Source of the DNA: Candidatus Woesebacteria bacterium RBG_16_42_24
Lineage (GTDB): Bacteria; Patescibacteriota; Microgenomatia; UBA8517
Length of the DNA stretch: 64,000 bases
Reading direction: 5' to 3'
NCBI GenBank assembly: GCA_001792115.1
Contig: MGFX01000002.1
Location: 4,965-68,964 of the forward strand
The notes below the pieces were generated by a model that worked only from the letters and a program-made list of their open reading frames with translations, made no database searches and had not been told where the DNA came from. This document shows, piece after piece, positions 1-7,586 of the stretch; the stretch's first letter is position 1; each line of letters begins with the position of its first letter. A program made the translations under genes and the position numbers.

Positions 1-483
1 GGTTGAATCGACAACATTTTTGAAATTAACAAAAACTCCTTGTGTAATTTCGCCCCGAAGATAGGCCTTTTCTTTAGGTTCAGTGGTACCCAAAAGAACC
101 TCCGTCATCAAGTTAAAAGTTTTAGCATCGGTCCATTGGGCTTTTCCATCGTGCTCACTCTCGTGCCTTTTAAGGTCTTCTTCGTTATCAGCTCGAAAAC
201 GCTTGTGGCAAGTTTTGCACTCAACCAAAGGGTCCGTCAGGGCTTTAAGGTGACCTGATTTATCCCACACAATTGGGTTCATAATGATTGCAGCATCAAG
301 CCCAACAACGTCGTCGCGGGAATAAACCATGTCCCTCCACCAAGCTTTTTTGATATTGTTTTTTAGCTCAACCCCGACCGGTCCATAATCCCAGAAACCC
401 CCAAAGCCACCATAAATTTCACTTCCGGGATAAATAAATCCCCGCCTTTTGGCTAGAGCGACTATTTTCTCCATTAAATCCAT
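1..483 (-). CDS. glyQS: Glycine--tRNA ligase (class II, dimeric GlyQS type), N-terminal part; the gene continues past the window start
   Basis: My own translation of the minus strand from the ATG at 483..481 gives MDLMEKIVALAKRRGFIYPGSEIYGGFGGFWDYGPVGVELKNNIKKAWWRDMVYSRDDVVGLDAAIIMNPIVWDKSGHLKAL..., a classic GlyQS N-terminus. It is missing from the ORF track because it runs off the window edge. Confidence 0.85.
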   Translation of the reverse strand, partial: MDLMEKIVALAKRRGFIYPGSEIYGGFGGFWDYGPVGVELKNNIKKAWWRDMVYSRDDVVGLDAAIIMNPIVWDKSGHLKALTDPLVECKTCHKRFRADNEEDLKRHESEHDGKAQWTDAKTFNLMTEVLLGTTEPKEKAYLRGEITQGVFVNFKNVVDST

Positions 484-506
484 TACGACTTAATTATAGA
501 GCCAGA

Positions 507-1652
507 CTACGATTTTTTAAACAACCTACGCTGCGCCCGCTTACCTTCCGGCGCCCATTTTGACCTAAACCTGCTTTTTCTCGCTAATTCCGTCTCCCTA
601 TCCAAGGCTTCTTTTTCGGCTTCCTTAAGATAACCAACCAAATATTCTGCTCTGCCGAGGTGCTCCTGGCCAAGAAAATCCGAATCAATCTTATGTTCCA
701 GATGCTGCCTCCAACTTCTGATAAAACTGCTGCCGACCCATATAGTGTGAATTTTGTCATTCAAGCTTCCCCTGAGATAGGCGAAAAGTATACACGAAGG
801 CAGGGAAAAATTGCCGTCCCTGTCCAGCATTATCGTGCCCAGTTTATTCTGATAAGCCGCGATATCATATTGAAATACGGACTCGAGTTTTCTGGGTCCT
901 GAAATGTACCTTGCCCTATTTGGTACTCTAATCTCAAGGGCCCACCAAGCTTCCCCGTCGCCGAGTCTCCCTGCCACATCAAATGTGGTTTCGGTGCTAT
1001 TCTTATCCACGACCACTCCGTCGAACTGCGCAAGCTGTTTTTTGTCCTTACCAAGAAGAATAACATTCGGGACTACCCTTCCGTTTAGACTGGGAGGGTC
1101 TGCAATTGTCCACTTCCCGATTACCAACGCATTCTCCACCAGATACCTAATATTTTGACCCACCCTTCCCGTCCCGTCGCCACTTAGCTGGGCAAAGCTT
1201 TGGCCAAAATTTGTAGAATAGAGTCTGTCGACTTCTGAAAACAAATCCGCGAGGGCAGGAAAACTAGGCCAGGTCCTTTCATTCCCCAGAAATGGTGTCT
1301 CCGGCGGCTCGGTTAGACCCTGATAATTCTCGGCCAGACCAGAATGGGTTGGAAATGTATGCTGCGAAACTACTCTTAGGCTATGCCTTACTTCTGAAAT
1401 TGCGTTTGCGAGTTTCGAATTACCGGGATCCGGTGGAAATTTATTCGACCAAAGACCCATGACAATCCTTTCACAGGTGCGACCCAAGCCAGAGGTCAAA
1501 TTTCTAATCTCAACAAGCCTCTTTTGTTCATCGCCAACTGCCCGGTAAGGGTTTTCCGGCCCGTTTCTGAAAGGAACCCCCGAAAGAGGATACTGGCCAC
1601 CTATTTTTCTCTCCCGAGACATTTTCGGCCTAAGGATAGTGGGCAGGAGCAA
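507..1652 (-). CDS. Hypothetical protein (381 aa) with a possible GIY-YIG-like nuclease motif near the C-terminus
   Basis: Long ORF whose composition is richer in G/P/R than the neighbouring genes. The C-terminal segment FAYLRGSLNDKIHTIWVGSSFIRSWRQHLEH loosely fits the GIY...YIG...R...H/E spacing. I recognise no other family. Confidence 0.35.
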   Translation of the reverse strand: MLLPTILRPKMSRERKIGGQYPLSGVPFRNGPENPYRAVGDEQKRLVEIRNLTSGLGRTCERIVMGLWSNKFPPDPGNSKLANAISEVRHSLRVVSQHTFPTHSGLAENYQGLTEPPETPFLGNERTWPSFPALADLFSEVDRLYSTNFGQSFAQLSGDGTGRVGQNIRYLVENALVIGKWTIADPPSLNGRVVPNVILLGKDKKQLAQFDGVVVDKNSTETTFDVAGRLGDGEAWWALEIRVPNRARYISGPRKLESVFQYDIAAYQNKLGTIMLDRDGNFSLPSCILFAYLRGSLNDKIHTIWVGSSFIRSWRQHLEHKIDSDFLGQEHLGRAEYLVGYLKEAEKEALDRETELARKSRFRSKWAPEGKRAQRRLFKKS

Positions 1653-1765
1653 TTCCTACAAGAGGAAAAAAGCGGCGGGAAAACCGGGCACACTGCCTCA
1701 TATTGCCGCTTGGTAATTGATCCGAAAATTGAGAAACTTAAGAAAGACTTTAAACCCTTACCTAA

Positions 1766-2851
1766 GTGAAGTTAAAAATCTTACTGCCCATATTCTTTGC
1801 GACTTTTGTCCTCGCATTTTTGACGGGATATTTTGCCTCCATGTTCTCCAAGATATTCATTAAGAAAGTATCAATACAGGAAGAATCTCCCCCAATTACC
1901 ATTGACGATAAAGCACTCGACGTTTTGCTCATTGGCTACGGCGGAGCGGGCCACGATGGAGGAACCCTTAGCGACACGCTAATAGTGGTGCATGCTGGCT
2001 TTGAAAACAAAAAAATAACATTTATTTCGGTCCCCCGCGACCTTTGGGTTCCAATTCCTTACGATTGGGACAATCTTCAGAATTACAAAATTAATATGGC
2101 CCATGCAATCGGGGTTGACGACCTAAGATACGCCAATAAAAAACCTGAGTTTAGAAAAGAAGCCGGCGGGGGAAATATGGCCAAGCATGTAGTGGGCCTT
2201 GTAACGGGATTGACTATCGAGAACTTTGTCTCGGTTAATTTTGAGGGGCTAGTCAAGGTTATTGACCTATTGGGAGGGGTGGAAGTAGATGTACCCGTTG
2301 CCTTCGACGATTATCTTTATCCAGTAAAGGGTAAAGAAAACGAAACCTGCGGATTTAGCGGCGAGGAAATCGCCGAGTTCCACGCAAGCTATACCGGATT
2401 TGACCTTGAAAAGCAGTTTACTTGCCGCTATGAGCACCTGCATTTTGATAAAGGGAAAACTGTTATGAATGGGGACAGCGCCCTAAAATTCGTTCGCTCA
2501 AGACACTCCAGCCAGCACGGGGGAGACTTTGCCCGCTCAGAAAGACAATACGCACTCCTCACCGGAATTAAAAATAAAGCGGTTTCACTCGAAGCTGCAA
2601 AAAAACTCGCAAGTATTCTTGATGAGATTTCAGATAGTGTCCGCACCGATTTAACCCTGGAACAAATTACAAGCTTCCGAGGGCTCCTCTTAAAAGAGGG
2701 GGAGTATAAAGTTTCTTCAGTTTATTTGACCGAACAAAACGTATTAAATGCGGGCAGAAGCTCCGACGGCCAATTCATTTTGGTGCCAAAAGAGGGAATA
2801 AATAAATGGGGTAAAATTCAGGAGTATATTGCAACCGAGCTTGCAAAATAG
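1766..2851 (+). CDS. LytR-CpsA-Psr (LCP) family cell-envelope polymer phosphotransferase
   Basis: N-terminal TM segment, then LLIGYGGAGHDGGTLSDTLIVVH...FISVPRDLWV...NFEGLVKVIDLLGGVEVDV, which are hallmark LCP motifs. Confidence 0.85.
   Translation: MKLKILLPIFFATFVLAFLTGYFASMFSKIFIKKVSIQEESPPITIDDKALDVLLIGYGGAGHDGGTLSDTLIVVHAGFENKKITFISVPRDLWVPIPYDWDNLQNYKINMAHAIGVDDLRYANKKPEFRKEAGGGNMAKHVVGLVTGLTIENFVSVNFEGLVKVIDLLGGVEVDVPVAFDDYLYPVKGKENETCGFSGEEIAEFHASYTGFDLEKQFTCRYEHLHFDKGKTVMNGDSALKFVRSRHSSQHGGDFARSERQYALLTGIKNKAVSLEAAKKLASILDEISDSVRTDLTLEQITSFRGLLLKEGEYKVSSVYLTEQNVLNAGRSSDGQFILVPKEGINKWGKIQEYIATELAK
2812..2851 (+). repeat. 40-bp direct repeat, copy A. It forms the functional 3' end of the LCP gene. 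Partner copy at 5183..5222.
   Basis: taaaattcaggagtatattgcaaccgagcttgcaaaatag versus taaaattcaagagtatattgcaaccgagcttgcaaagtaa is 37/40 identical. Both copies read KIQEYIATELAK*, and the differences are synonymous or stop-to-stop. Confidence 0.7.
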
Positions 2852-2960
2852 CGGGCCCGCCAGGATTCGGCAATTTTGTAATCAAAATTGGTTATTTTCC
2901 TGGAAGAGCGTAGGTATTTGCAGCCCCGGATGGAAAGTATTCGAACCTATTATGTGTGGG

Positions 2961-4079
2961 TTAGGCCTTTGATTTGCGAACTATGATTATGGACATTGGA
3001 AAGAAGAAATATGGGCGAACATCTAGGATATTGAATTGTGGAAGATATTGTTTGAGGGTTTGTAATAGTGAGGTAACTAGATTGCTCCAGTCGGCAGTTT
3101 TGGTTATGGGTTTTGGAGTTATACCCTTTTTGAAGTAGTAAGGTGAATTCTTGATGGCTTGAAGGAAATCGTCCGAAAGTTGGGTACCCGCGGAGTAGGG
3201 CTTAGATAAGCGTTCTATTAGGAAGTATGCCCATTCTGAGGGAACTAGAAATCTTCCCTCACCATTTGGATTGAGAACGCGAAGGGATTCTACCAGTGAA
3301 CATGTGAATTCAGTGAAAGCCTCGGGTTCAGTTTGTCCGAGGCCTTCACGGCCATAACTGGGGTCAGTTAGGATCCAATCGACTAGATTGTTGGGGAGGG
3401 GTATATGTGTAGCATTGAAGTGAGTAATTTCAGGTGTTTTTAGTTTAATTTGTAATATGTTTGGGAGGTTGTTAAGATGTTTTTGAAATTCGGAGAGATT
3501 TTTGTCGATCGCGTAACTAAAATTACCTGGAGCTGGTTTCTTATAAAGTAAATCGTTGGCGATAATCCGGGACGGCGCTCTTAGCAAGCAAATATTGGCA
3601 AGTAAATTGCCTGGTCCGGCGAAGGGGTCTAGGACGGTACAATTTTGAGTAAATTGGATATTGTGGAGCATAAACCATATAGCGCCCCCACTCATGGAGT
3701 AGCGTCTGGATTGCCGGTCTGGAATGAGTCGGAGATCTCCGTTTGTGTTTTGATAAAAGTAGCGTTTGTGATTATTAATGTGATTATAAAATACGATATT
3801 GCTGACGGCTGTTTGGAGAGTAGATAGATTGGATTGATCTGAAAGCTTAAGGTAGGCGTTTCGGGCATGGAAGTATTTATTTTTGTAATTCTCGAAAGCG
3901 TGGGGATACTGAAGCTGCTCCATAACAGTGTCGGCCACCTCAGACAAATTATCGGCGGTTTTCATTACAGAGTTATCTGTGATGCGCCGATTAACTTCTG
4001 ATTTTTCAGCTTCTGTTAAAGAGTCTAGGGGGAAAAGTTGTGTTTCTAGTTTATTAAAATCTATTTGAGGGAGGTTCAT
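2961..4079 (-). CDS. SAM-dependent methyltransferase, UPF0020/Trm11-like (N2-G RNA or N6-A/N4-C amino-methyltransferase type)
   Basis: Motif I is VLDPFAGPGNLLANI. About 85 aa later there is motif IV, LTDPSYGREG (compare the DPPYGR of Trm11/RlmL). The coding strand is C/A-rich, unlike its neighbours. Confidence 0.6.
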   Translation of the reverse strand: MNLPQIDFNKLETQLFPLDSLTEAEKSEVNRRITDNSVMKTADNLSEVADTVMEQLQYPHAFENYKNKYFHARNAYLKLSDQSNLSTLQTAVSNIVFYNHINNHKRYFYQNTNGDLRLIPDRQSRRYSMSGGAIWFMLHNIQFTQNCTVLDPFAGPGNLLANICLLRAPSRIIANDLLYKKPAPGNFSYAIDKNLSEFQKHLNNLPNILQIKLKTPEITHFNATHIPLPNNLVDWILTDPSYGREGLGQTEPEAFTEFTCSLVESLRVLNPNGEGRFLVPSEWAYFLIERLSKPYSAGTQLSDDFLQAIKNSPYYFKKGITPKPITKTADWSNLVTSLLQTLKQYLPQFNILDVRPYFFFPMSIIIVRKSKA

Positions 4080-4117
4080 TAATTATAGTGTGAGGATATG
4101 AGAATTATACTATTGTG

Positions 4118-4146
4118 GCAGGGACTGGTGAACTTTGTCAGGAACT
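4118..4146 (+). repeat. 29-bp direct repeat, copy 1, about 39 nt upstream of the methyltransferase start. Candidate promoter/operator.
   Basis: GCAGGGACTGGTGAACTTTGTCAGGAACT versus the copy at 4605-4633, GCAGGGGCTAGTGAACTTTGTCAGGAACT, is 27/29 identical. On the transcribed strand this is followed by TATAAT-like hexamers before the ATG at 4079. Confidence 0.5.
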
Positions 4147-4195
4147 TCTTCTCTAATTATCGAGGTGTTTAACAAAGGTGGGACTTGCGTGTAAA

Positions 4196-4516
4196 TCACT
4201 TTGTGCCTCTCGCGATTTCTCTGTAGTAAATTACTCGTATTCCTTTATATGTTTCTCCGTAAGCAAAAGAGGGAAGAGATGTCTCTATTCCAATAACTTC
4301 AACAAATTTTCCCACATCTTTTTTCCTTAGATTACCAACGACATCGGCACCACCAACATGATATTCCGTTCCGCACCCTTCAGGTATCATACAATTCGTT
4401 ACCCTGGATAGAACACCCTGCCTCACTATTATCAATCCTGAATTAAGGATAAAGATTACAAAAGTAATGAGAAGCAATCCGGGAATCAAAATAAACAGTA
4501 TGAATTTTTTGGACAT
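4196..4516 (-). CDS. Hypothetical small membrane-anchored protein (106 aa)
   Basis: ORF with an N-terminal hydrophobic helix (FILFILIPGLLLITFVIFIL) followed by a roughly 75-aa soluble region. No recognisable family. Confidence 0.4.
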   Translation of the reverse strand: MSKKFILFILIPGLLLITFVIFILNSGLIIVRQGVLSRVTNCMIPEGCGTEYHVGGADVVGNLRKKDVGKFVEVIGIETSLPSFAYGETYKGIRVIYYREIARGTK

Positions 4517-4604
4517 AAAACTATTTTATCACGTCGACAGTGTTTGATTCTCTGTGGGGGTCATACGCACTCTGAAGATAATTGAAGTTTCAGGCTAAAT
4601 ATCT

Positions 4605-4633
4605 GCAGGGGCTAGTGAACTTTGTCAGGAACT
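4605..4633 (+). repeat. 29-bp direct repeat, copy 2, upstream of the small ORF 4196..4516
   Basis: See the copy at 4118-4146. Both lie in the 5' regions of consecutive minus-strand genes. Confidence 0.5.
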
Positions 4634-4659
4634 GGTATAGATACGAGAGAGTTAAAATA

Positions 4660-5127
4660 TCACTCGGAGGCATCTTGTCTAGCTAAATCAACAGGCTTTA
4701 CATCTCTAACTACCTGCTCCAGAAAAGTTTGGTCTTTTTCTTTTAGTTCTATTCCTGAATGCATATCCCCAAGAAGTTTTCCTACACGCTCTACTGTTTC
4801 CTCCAAATACCTAGCAATTTCTCTTAAATCTTCTGGATGTTCTCTAGCCATCCACGCTTGCCAGGATTCATAAGCTTTTATTGCAGATTCTTCTCCTGAC
4901 ATTGCTGCTGAAGCCAGCTTTAAACCGACAATTGACTTCCTCCTTAATCCAAATGCACGCTCGAATAAATCACTGCTTTCCATTATATGCATTATACCAT
5001 CTGAGGCTATTTTGCAGGCCTTAATAGCCACACTTCGAACTCTCTGGCATAAAATAAGCTCTTTTGAGATTGATGACATCCTCCGCGGACTAAAAGTCCG
5101 CGGTTTCCTTTCAAAGGAGGATGACAT
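4660..5127 (-). CDS. Hypothetical alpha-helical protein. The N-terminus and start codon are supplied by the repeat element, so the true start is uncertain (alternative M at 5079).
   Basis: The first 16 codons, MSSSFERKPRTFSPRR, are encoded by repeat-element copy 1, and a stop lies immediately upstream. The segment CQRVRSVAIKACKIASDG weakly resembles helix 2 of four-helix-bundle proteins found in 23S rRNA intervening sequences. Confidence 0.35.
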   Translation of the reverse strand: MSSSFERKPRTFSPRRMSSISKELILCQRVRSVAIKACKIASDGIMHIMESSDLFERAFGLRRKSIVGLKLASAAMSGEESAIKAYESWQAWMAREHPEDLREIARYLEETVERVGKLLGDMHSGIELKEKDQTFLEQVVRDVKPVDLARQDASE

Positions 5128-5177
5128 ATCAGTTTCAATTCATCCGCGAATTAATAATTCGCGGTGTTCTTGAAATC
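5069..5177 (+). repeat. Structured interspersed repeat element, copy 1 (about 109 nt), containing two GC-stem hairpins
   Basis: tgatgacatcctcc-[ccgcggac taaaa gtccgcgg]-tttcctttcaaaggaggatgacatatcagtttcaattcatcc-[ccgcgaatta a taattcgcgg]-tgttcttgaaatc. This aligns with copies at 56901-57004 and 51770-51894 (the latter reverse-complemented). Confidence 0.7.
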
Positions 5178-5182
5178 TGTTA

Positions 5183-5222
5183 TAAAATTCAAGAGTATAT
5201 TGCAACCGAGCTTGCAAAGTAA
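5183..5222 (+). repeat. 40-bp direct repeat, copy B. Displaced relic of the lytR 3' end.
   Basis: See copy A. There is no upstream ORF: the sequence tga lies in frame 9 nt upstream. Confidence 0.7.
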
Positions 5223-5249
5223 TTTATTCCAGAATCCCGATGTTGTTTT

Positions 5250-6251
5250 TTAGGGCGTGGGGGTTGGCGTCTTGGTGGCCGAAGGAGTAGCTGTTGGGGT
5301 AGGCGTGCTTCCCGACTTTGCCGTTCCAACGATTATTTCTACGTCAAACTCGCTACTTTCGGCAAGGTCACTTTCCTGTCTTACAATTTTATAGCCGCTC
5401 ATAGCCTCTTTCACCGCCTCATATACCGCCTCGGGAATATCCTTCTTAAGACTCACTTCGGAATCAGTATAGTCGTATGATTCCGCATTCGCTGTTTCAA
5501 TTGTCTCAAACCCCTGAGACTTAAGCGCAGTTTCTACCTTTCCGGCCTCTCCCGGAATTCCGGAACCGTTAAGAATCGAAACTTTGTATTCTGATAAATC
5601 GACCTCATCTGAAGGAGTCGGAGTAAGCGTTTCTTGAGCCGATGGCGTCGGGGTCCCTTCTTTGGCACCTTCCTCTCCACCCGAAACCTTAGTTTTGTAG
5701 TAATAAAAGCCTCCTGCGACAAGTCCGAGAATTAGAACCAAAATAAAAACTATAATAAAAACTTTCTTTCCCTTTCCTCCCCCTCCATCTTCAGGCATTG
5801 TCAAGTCCAAGGTCGGGATTTCTTCGGGTTTTACTTCGCCCAATGTCTCTGTGGCCTTTCCTGTATCTTCTAGAGATTCAACTTCAGGAGCTTCCTCTTT
5901 AGGTTTTTCGGCTTTTGGCTCTTCCGTTGGTGTTTCTTCTCCCCCTTCCTCGACCACCTCTGCCCTCCAAGCAGGCACGTTAGAAACATCTACCGCCTTC
6001 TCTGGGGTTTCGGCTTCCGGAGTTTTCGTTTCTTCTTTTACACCGATTGACGAGCTCTCCTCAGGGGTTCCGACAGATGTCTCCTCGGCTACAATTTCTT
6101 CTTTGGCTTTTGAAGTCTTACTCTTAGGAGGCATAAATACATTTTTACGCAAGGGCTTGCCCTTGTCAACCCCATTTGACGAAGTTAACTTGAATATTTC
6201 TTTCTCGAGGTCCCGAAAGCTCAACCAAGACAACCCTCTGCCAAGTTCCAA
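5250..6251 (-). CDS. LytR_C-domain (cell envelope-related transcriptional attenuator C-terminal domain) membrane protein with an acidic low-complexity N-terminal region and a PT-rich tail
   Basis: Single TM (FIIVFILVLILGLVAGGFYYY), then YKVSILNGSGIPGEAGKVETALKSQGFETIETANAESYDYTDSEV, which is LytR_C-like. The C-terminus is TPTPTATPSATKTPTPTP. The annotated N-terminus overlaps yjbQ by 85 nt, and the real start may be the internal ATG near 6134. Confidence 0.55.
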   Translation of the reverse strand: MELGRGLSWLSFRDLEKEIFKLTSSNGVDKGKPLRKNVFMPPKSKTSKAKEEIVAEETSVGTPEESSSIGVKEETKTPEAETPEKAVDVSNVPAWRAEVVEEGGEETPTEEPKAEKPKEEAPEVESLEDTGKATETLGEVKPEEIPTLDLTMPEDGGGGKGKKVFIIVFILVLILGLVAGGFYYYKTKVSGGEEGAKEGTPTPSAQETLTPTPSDEVDLSEYKVSILNGSGIPGEAGKVETALKSQGFETIETANAESYDYTDSEVSLKKDIPEAVYEAVKEAMSGYKIVRQESDLAESSEFDVEIIVGTAKSGSTPTPTATPSATKTPTPTP

Positions 6252-6561
6252 GAATTAGTTTCCCTGTCGAAACCGGAACAGAAACTGACGGCCCAATTAT
6301 AGACGCCATTATGTGCTCTCCGACGTGGGACGGGTCGTGTGGATGGCGATATGATCCTTTTGGAAACATCTTCTCTATTGCCTCGAGAAAATCAATATCG
6401 GTTCCCGGGTCAAGGTCCATCGTTGTTAGGGCACAAGTTGTGTGCAAAATAAAAAGGTTGCAGAGTCCTTCTTTGAAATTTTCTTTAGAGACAAGAACAT
6501 TTAAATTCTCAGTGATATCAACAATTTCTTTCTTTCCTTTGGTCCTAACAGAAATTTCCAT
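6166..6561 (-). CDS. yjbQ: YjbQ/UPF0047 family protein (secondary thiamine-phosphate synthase-like)
   Basis: HTTCALTTMDLDPGTDIDFLEAIEKMFPKGSYRHPHDPSHVGEHIMASIIGPSVSVPVSTGKLILGTWQRVVLVE matches conserved YjbQ-family blocks. Confidence 0.8.
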   Translation of the reverse strand: MEISVRTKGKKEIVDITENLNVLVSKENFKEGLCNLFILHTTCALTTMDLDPGTDIDFLEAIEKMFPKGSYRHPHDPSHVGEHIMASIIGPSVSVPVSTGKLILGTWQRVVLVELSGPRERNIQVNFVKWG

Positions 6562-6607
6562 TCCTTAAAGAATATCAAACGGTTCTCTCTTTCCTAATTT
6601 AGAATTT

Positions 6608-6994
6608 TTACTTTCTCTTACCGGACGAAATAATTGCCGCAAATATTATTGCTAATAAAACTTCAATCATTAACAGATCTGATTCAAATTTTGCATTTTG
6701 AGATAAGTAATAGGCGAAAATACTCAACTGTGAAACCAGGATTAAAAGAAGTATGGGAAATTTGTATAAATTGTTATGCGATATTTCCCAAATAAACCCT
6801 TTTTTATCTACTTTCATACCATCCCTTTTATCTAATAGAGCCATAATCAAAATATTCATAAGCGAAACGGCAAAGACGCTCCCTATAAAAATGATGAAAG
6901 AAGAAAAAATGTAGAAAAAACCCTTATTAATTGAATATCCAGCTACGTAGGTAAATATAAGAGCAAAAAACCAAATTATAATTTTATTAATCAT
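6608..6994 (-). CDS. Hypothetical integral membrane protein (128 aa, about 4 TM)
   Basis: Hydrophobic ORF with no recognisable motif. Confidence 0.4.
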   Translation of the reverse strand: MINKIIIWFFALIFTYVAGYSINKGFFYIFSSFIIFIGSVFAVSLMNILIMALLDKRDGMKVDKKGFIWEISHNNLYKFPILLLILVSQLSIFAYYLSQNAKFESDLLMIEVLLAIIFAAIISSGKRK

Positions 6995-7040
6995 AATATA
7001 AATTTACTATTCTCAAGATTAATTTGCCATAAGATTGGGA

Positions 7041-7586
7041 CTATGTGATTAATTTCTTACCAACGCGTGCTGAAGAAATTTGGCGCTCGGTGACAGATTC
7101 CAGTACGGCCTGCGGATTCGGTAAAACTTTTCCCCTAGGCCAGAAACCGAGAGAAGTTAAAACTTCGACAATAAAATTATTTTTCAGGGTTCTCAATTTC
7201 CTTTCAGACTTTAATAATCTCAAATTCTCAAGAATGTGCGAATAGAGCTCTCTATGGGGTTCGCCTTCGTGGGTAGTCCGGCCGATGACTTCCATGAAGA
7301 AATAGGCCAGCGCGGTCCTTTTGAGGTCCATTCTAATTTCCCCGAAATTATTTACCGTCTCGACCTCCGTGAGTATATCAAGACTTTTTCCCCGACTGGC
7401 CTGAAATTTGATTTGGGAAAAAACCTCGAGGTGTCCCCGTTTTCTACTGGTTAGCTTTCGTACCCCCTTAGCCAAGACTACAATCCTTCCGTGACTTTTG
7501 GTCAGGATTGAAATGATTCTGTCTGCTTCGGAGTAGCTACGTCTGGCAAGAACTATTCCCTCATCCGAGTATCTTCTGGGTGTCAC
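7041..7586 (-). CDS. recO: DNA repair protein RecO (short form)
   Basis: N-terminal OB-fold signature EGIVLARRSYSEADRIISILTKSHGRIVVLAKGVRKLTSRKRGHLEVFS. The size is typical of reduced genomes. Confidence 0.7.
   Translation of the reverse strand: MTPRRYSDEGIVLARRSYSEADRIISILTKSHGRIVVLAKGVRKLTSRKRGHLEVFSQIKFQASRGKSLDILTEVETVNNFGEIRMDLKRTALAYFFMEVIGRTTHEGEPHRELYSHILENLRLLKSERKLRTLKNNFIVEVLTSLGFWPRGKVLPNPQAVLESVTERQISSARVGKKLIT

Larger units (their letters stand above)
2852..5182. mobile_element. Putative ~2.3-kb inserted segment (genomic islet) at the lytR 3' end, bounded by the 40-bp direct repeat
   Basis: Direct repeats at 2812-2851 and 5183-5222. Copy B sits in no ORF (an upstream in-frame stop) and looks like a displaced relic gene end. 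Cargo: a methyltransferase, two small ORFs, a pair of 29-bp internal repeats and one structured repeat element at its right edge. No integrase is seen. Confidence 0.45.

Noticed and set aside
660-1158. Short plus-strand ORFs (660..902, 904..1158) and minus ORF 830..1066 overlapping the 507..1652 ORF
   Set aside because: They are antisense to or nested in a much longer ORF and have no independent signals. The same holds for most ORFs of 100 aa or less in the track that overlap long minus-strand genes (e.g. 2428..2646, 3645..3827, 13972..14238, 22057..22407, 61329..61628, 51682..51870).
1766-1810. Apparent frame inconsistency between my reading of the sequence around 1797-1803 and the track's LCP translation (PIFFATF)
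   Set aside because: Most likely my own miscount of one base while reading the text. The downstream frame, the stop at 2849-2851 and the domain motifs all agree with the track's 1766..2851, so I kept the track coordinates.
2851-2860. GC palindrome gcgggcccgc immediately after the lytR stop as a rho-independent terminator
   Set aside because: A perfect palindrome, but it leaves only a 4-bp stem with a 2-nt loop and is not followed by a T-tract. Recorded only as the left junction of the inserted segment.
4660-5127. Calling ORF 4660..5127 a bona fide 'four-helix bundle protein' (23S rRNA IVS protein)
   Set aside because: Only one helix-like motif matches. The order of helices relative to the canonical family is wrong (the WQ-A helix would sit at the C-terminus), so the resemblance may be spurious. 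Kept as hypothetical.
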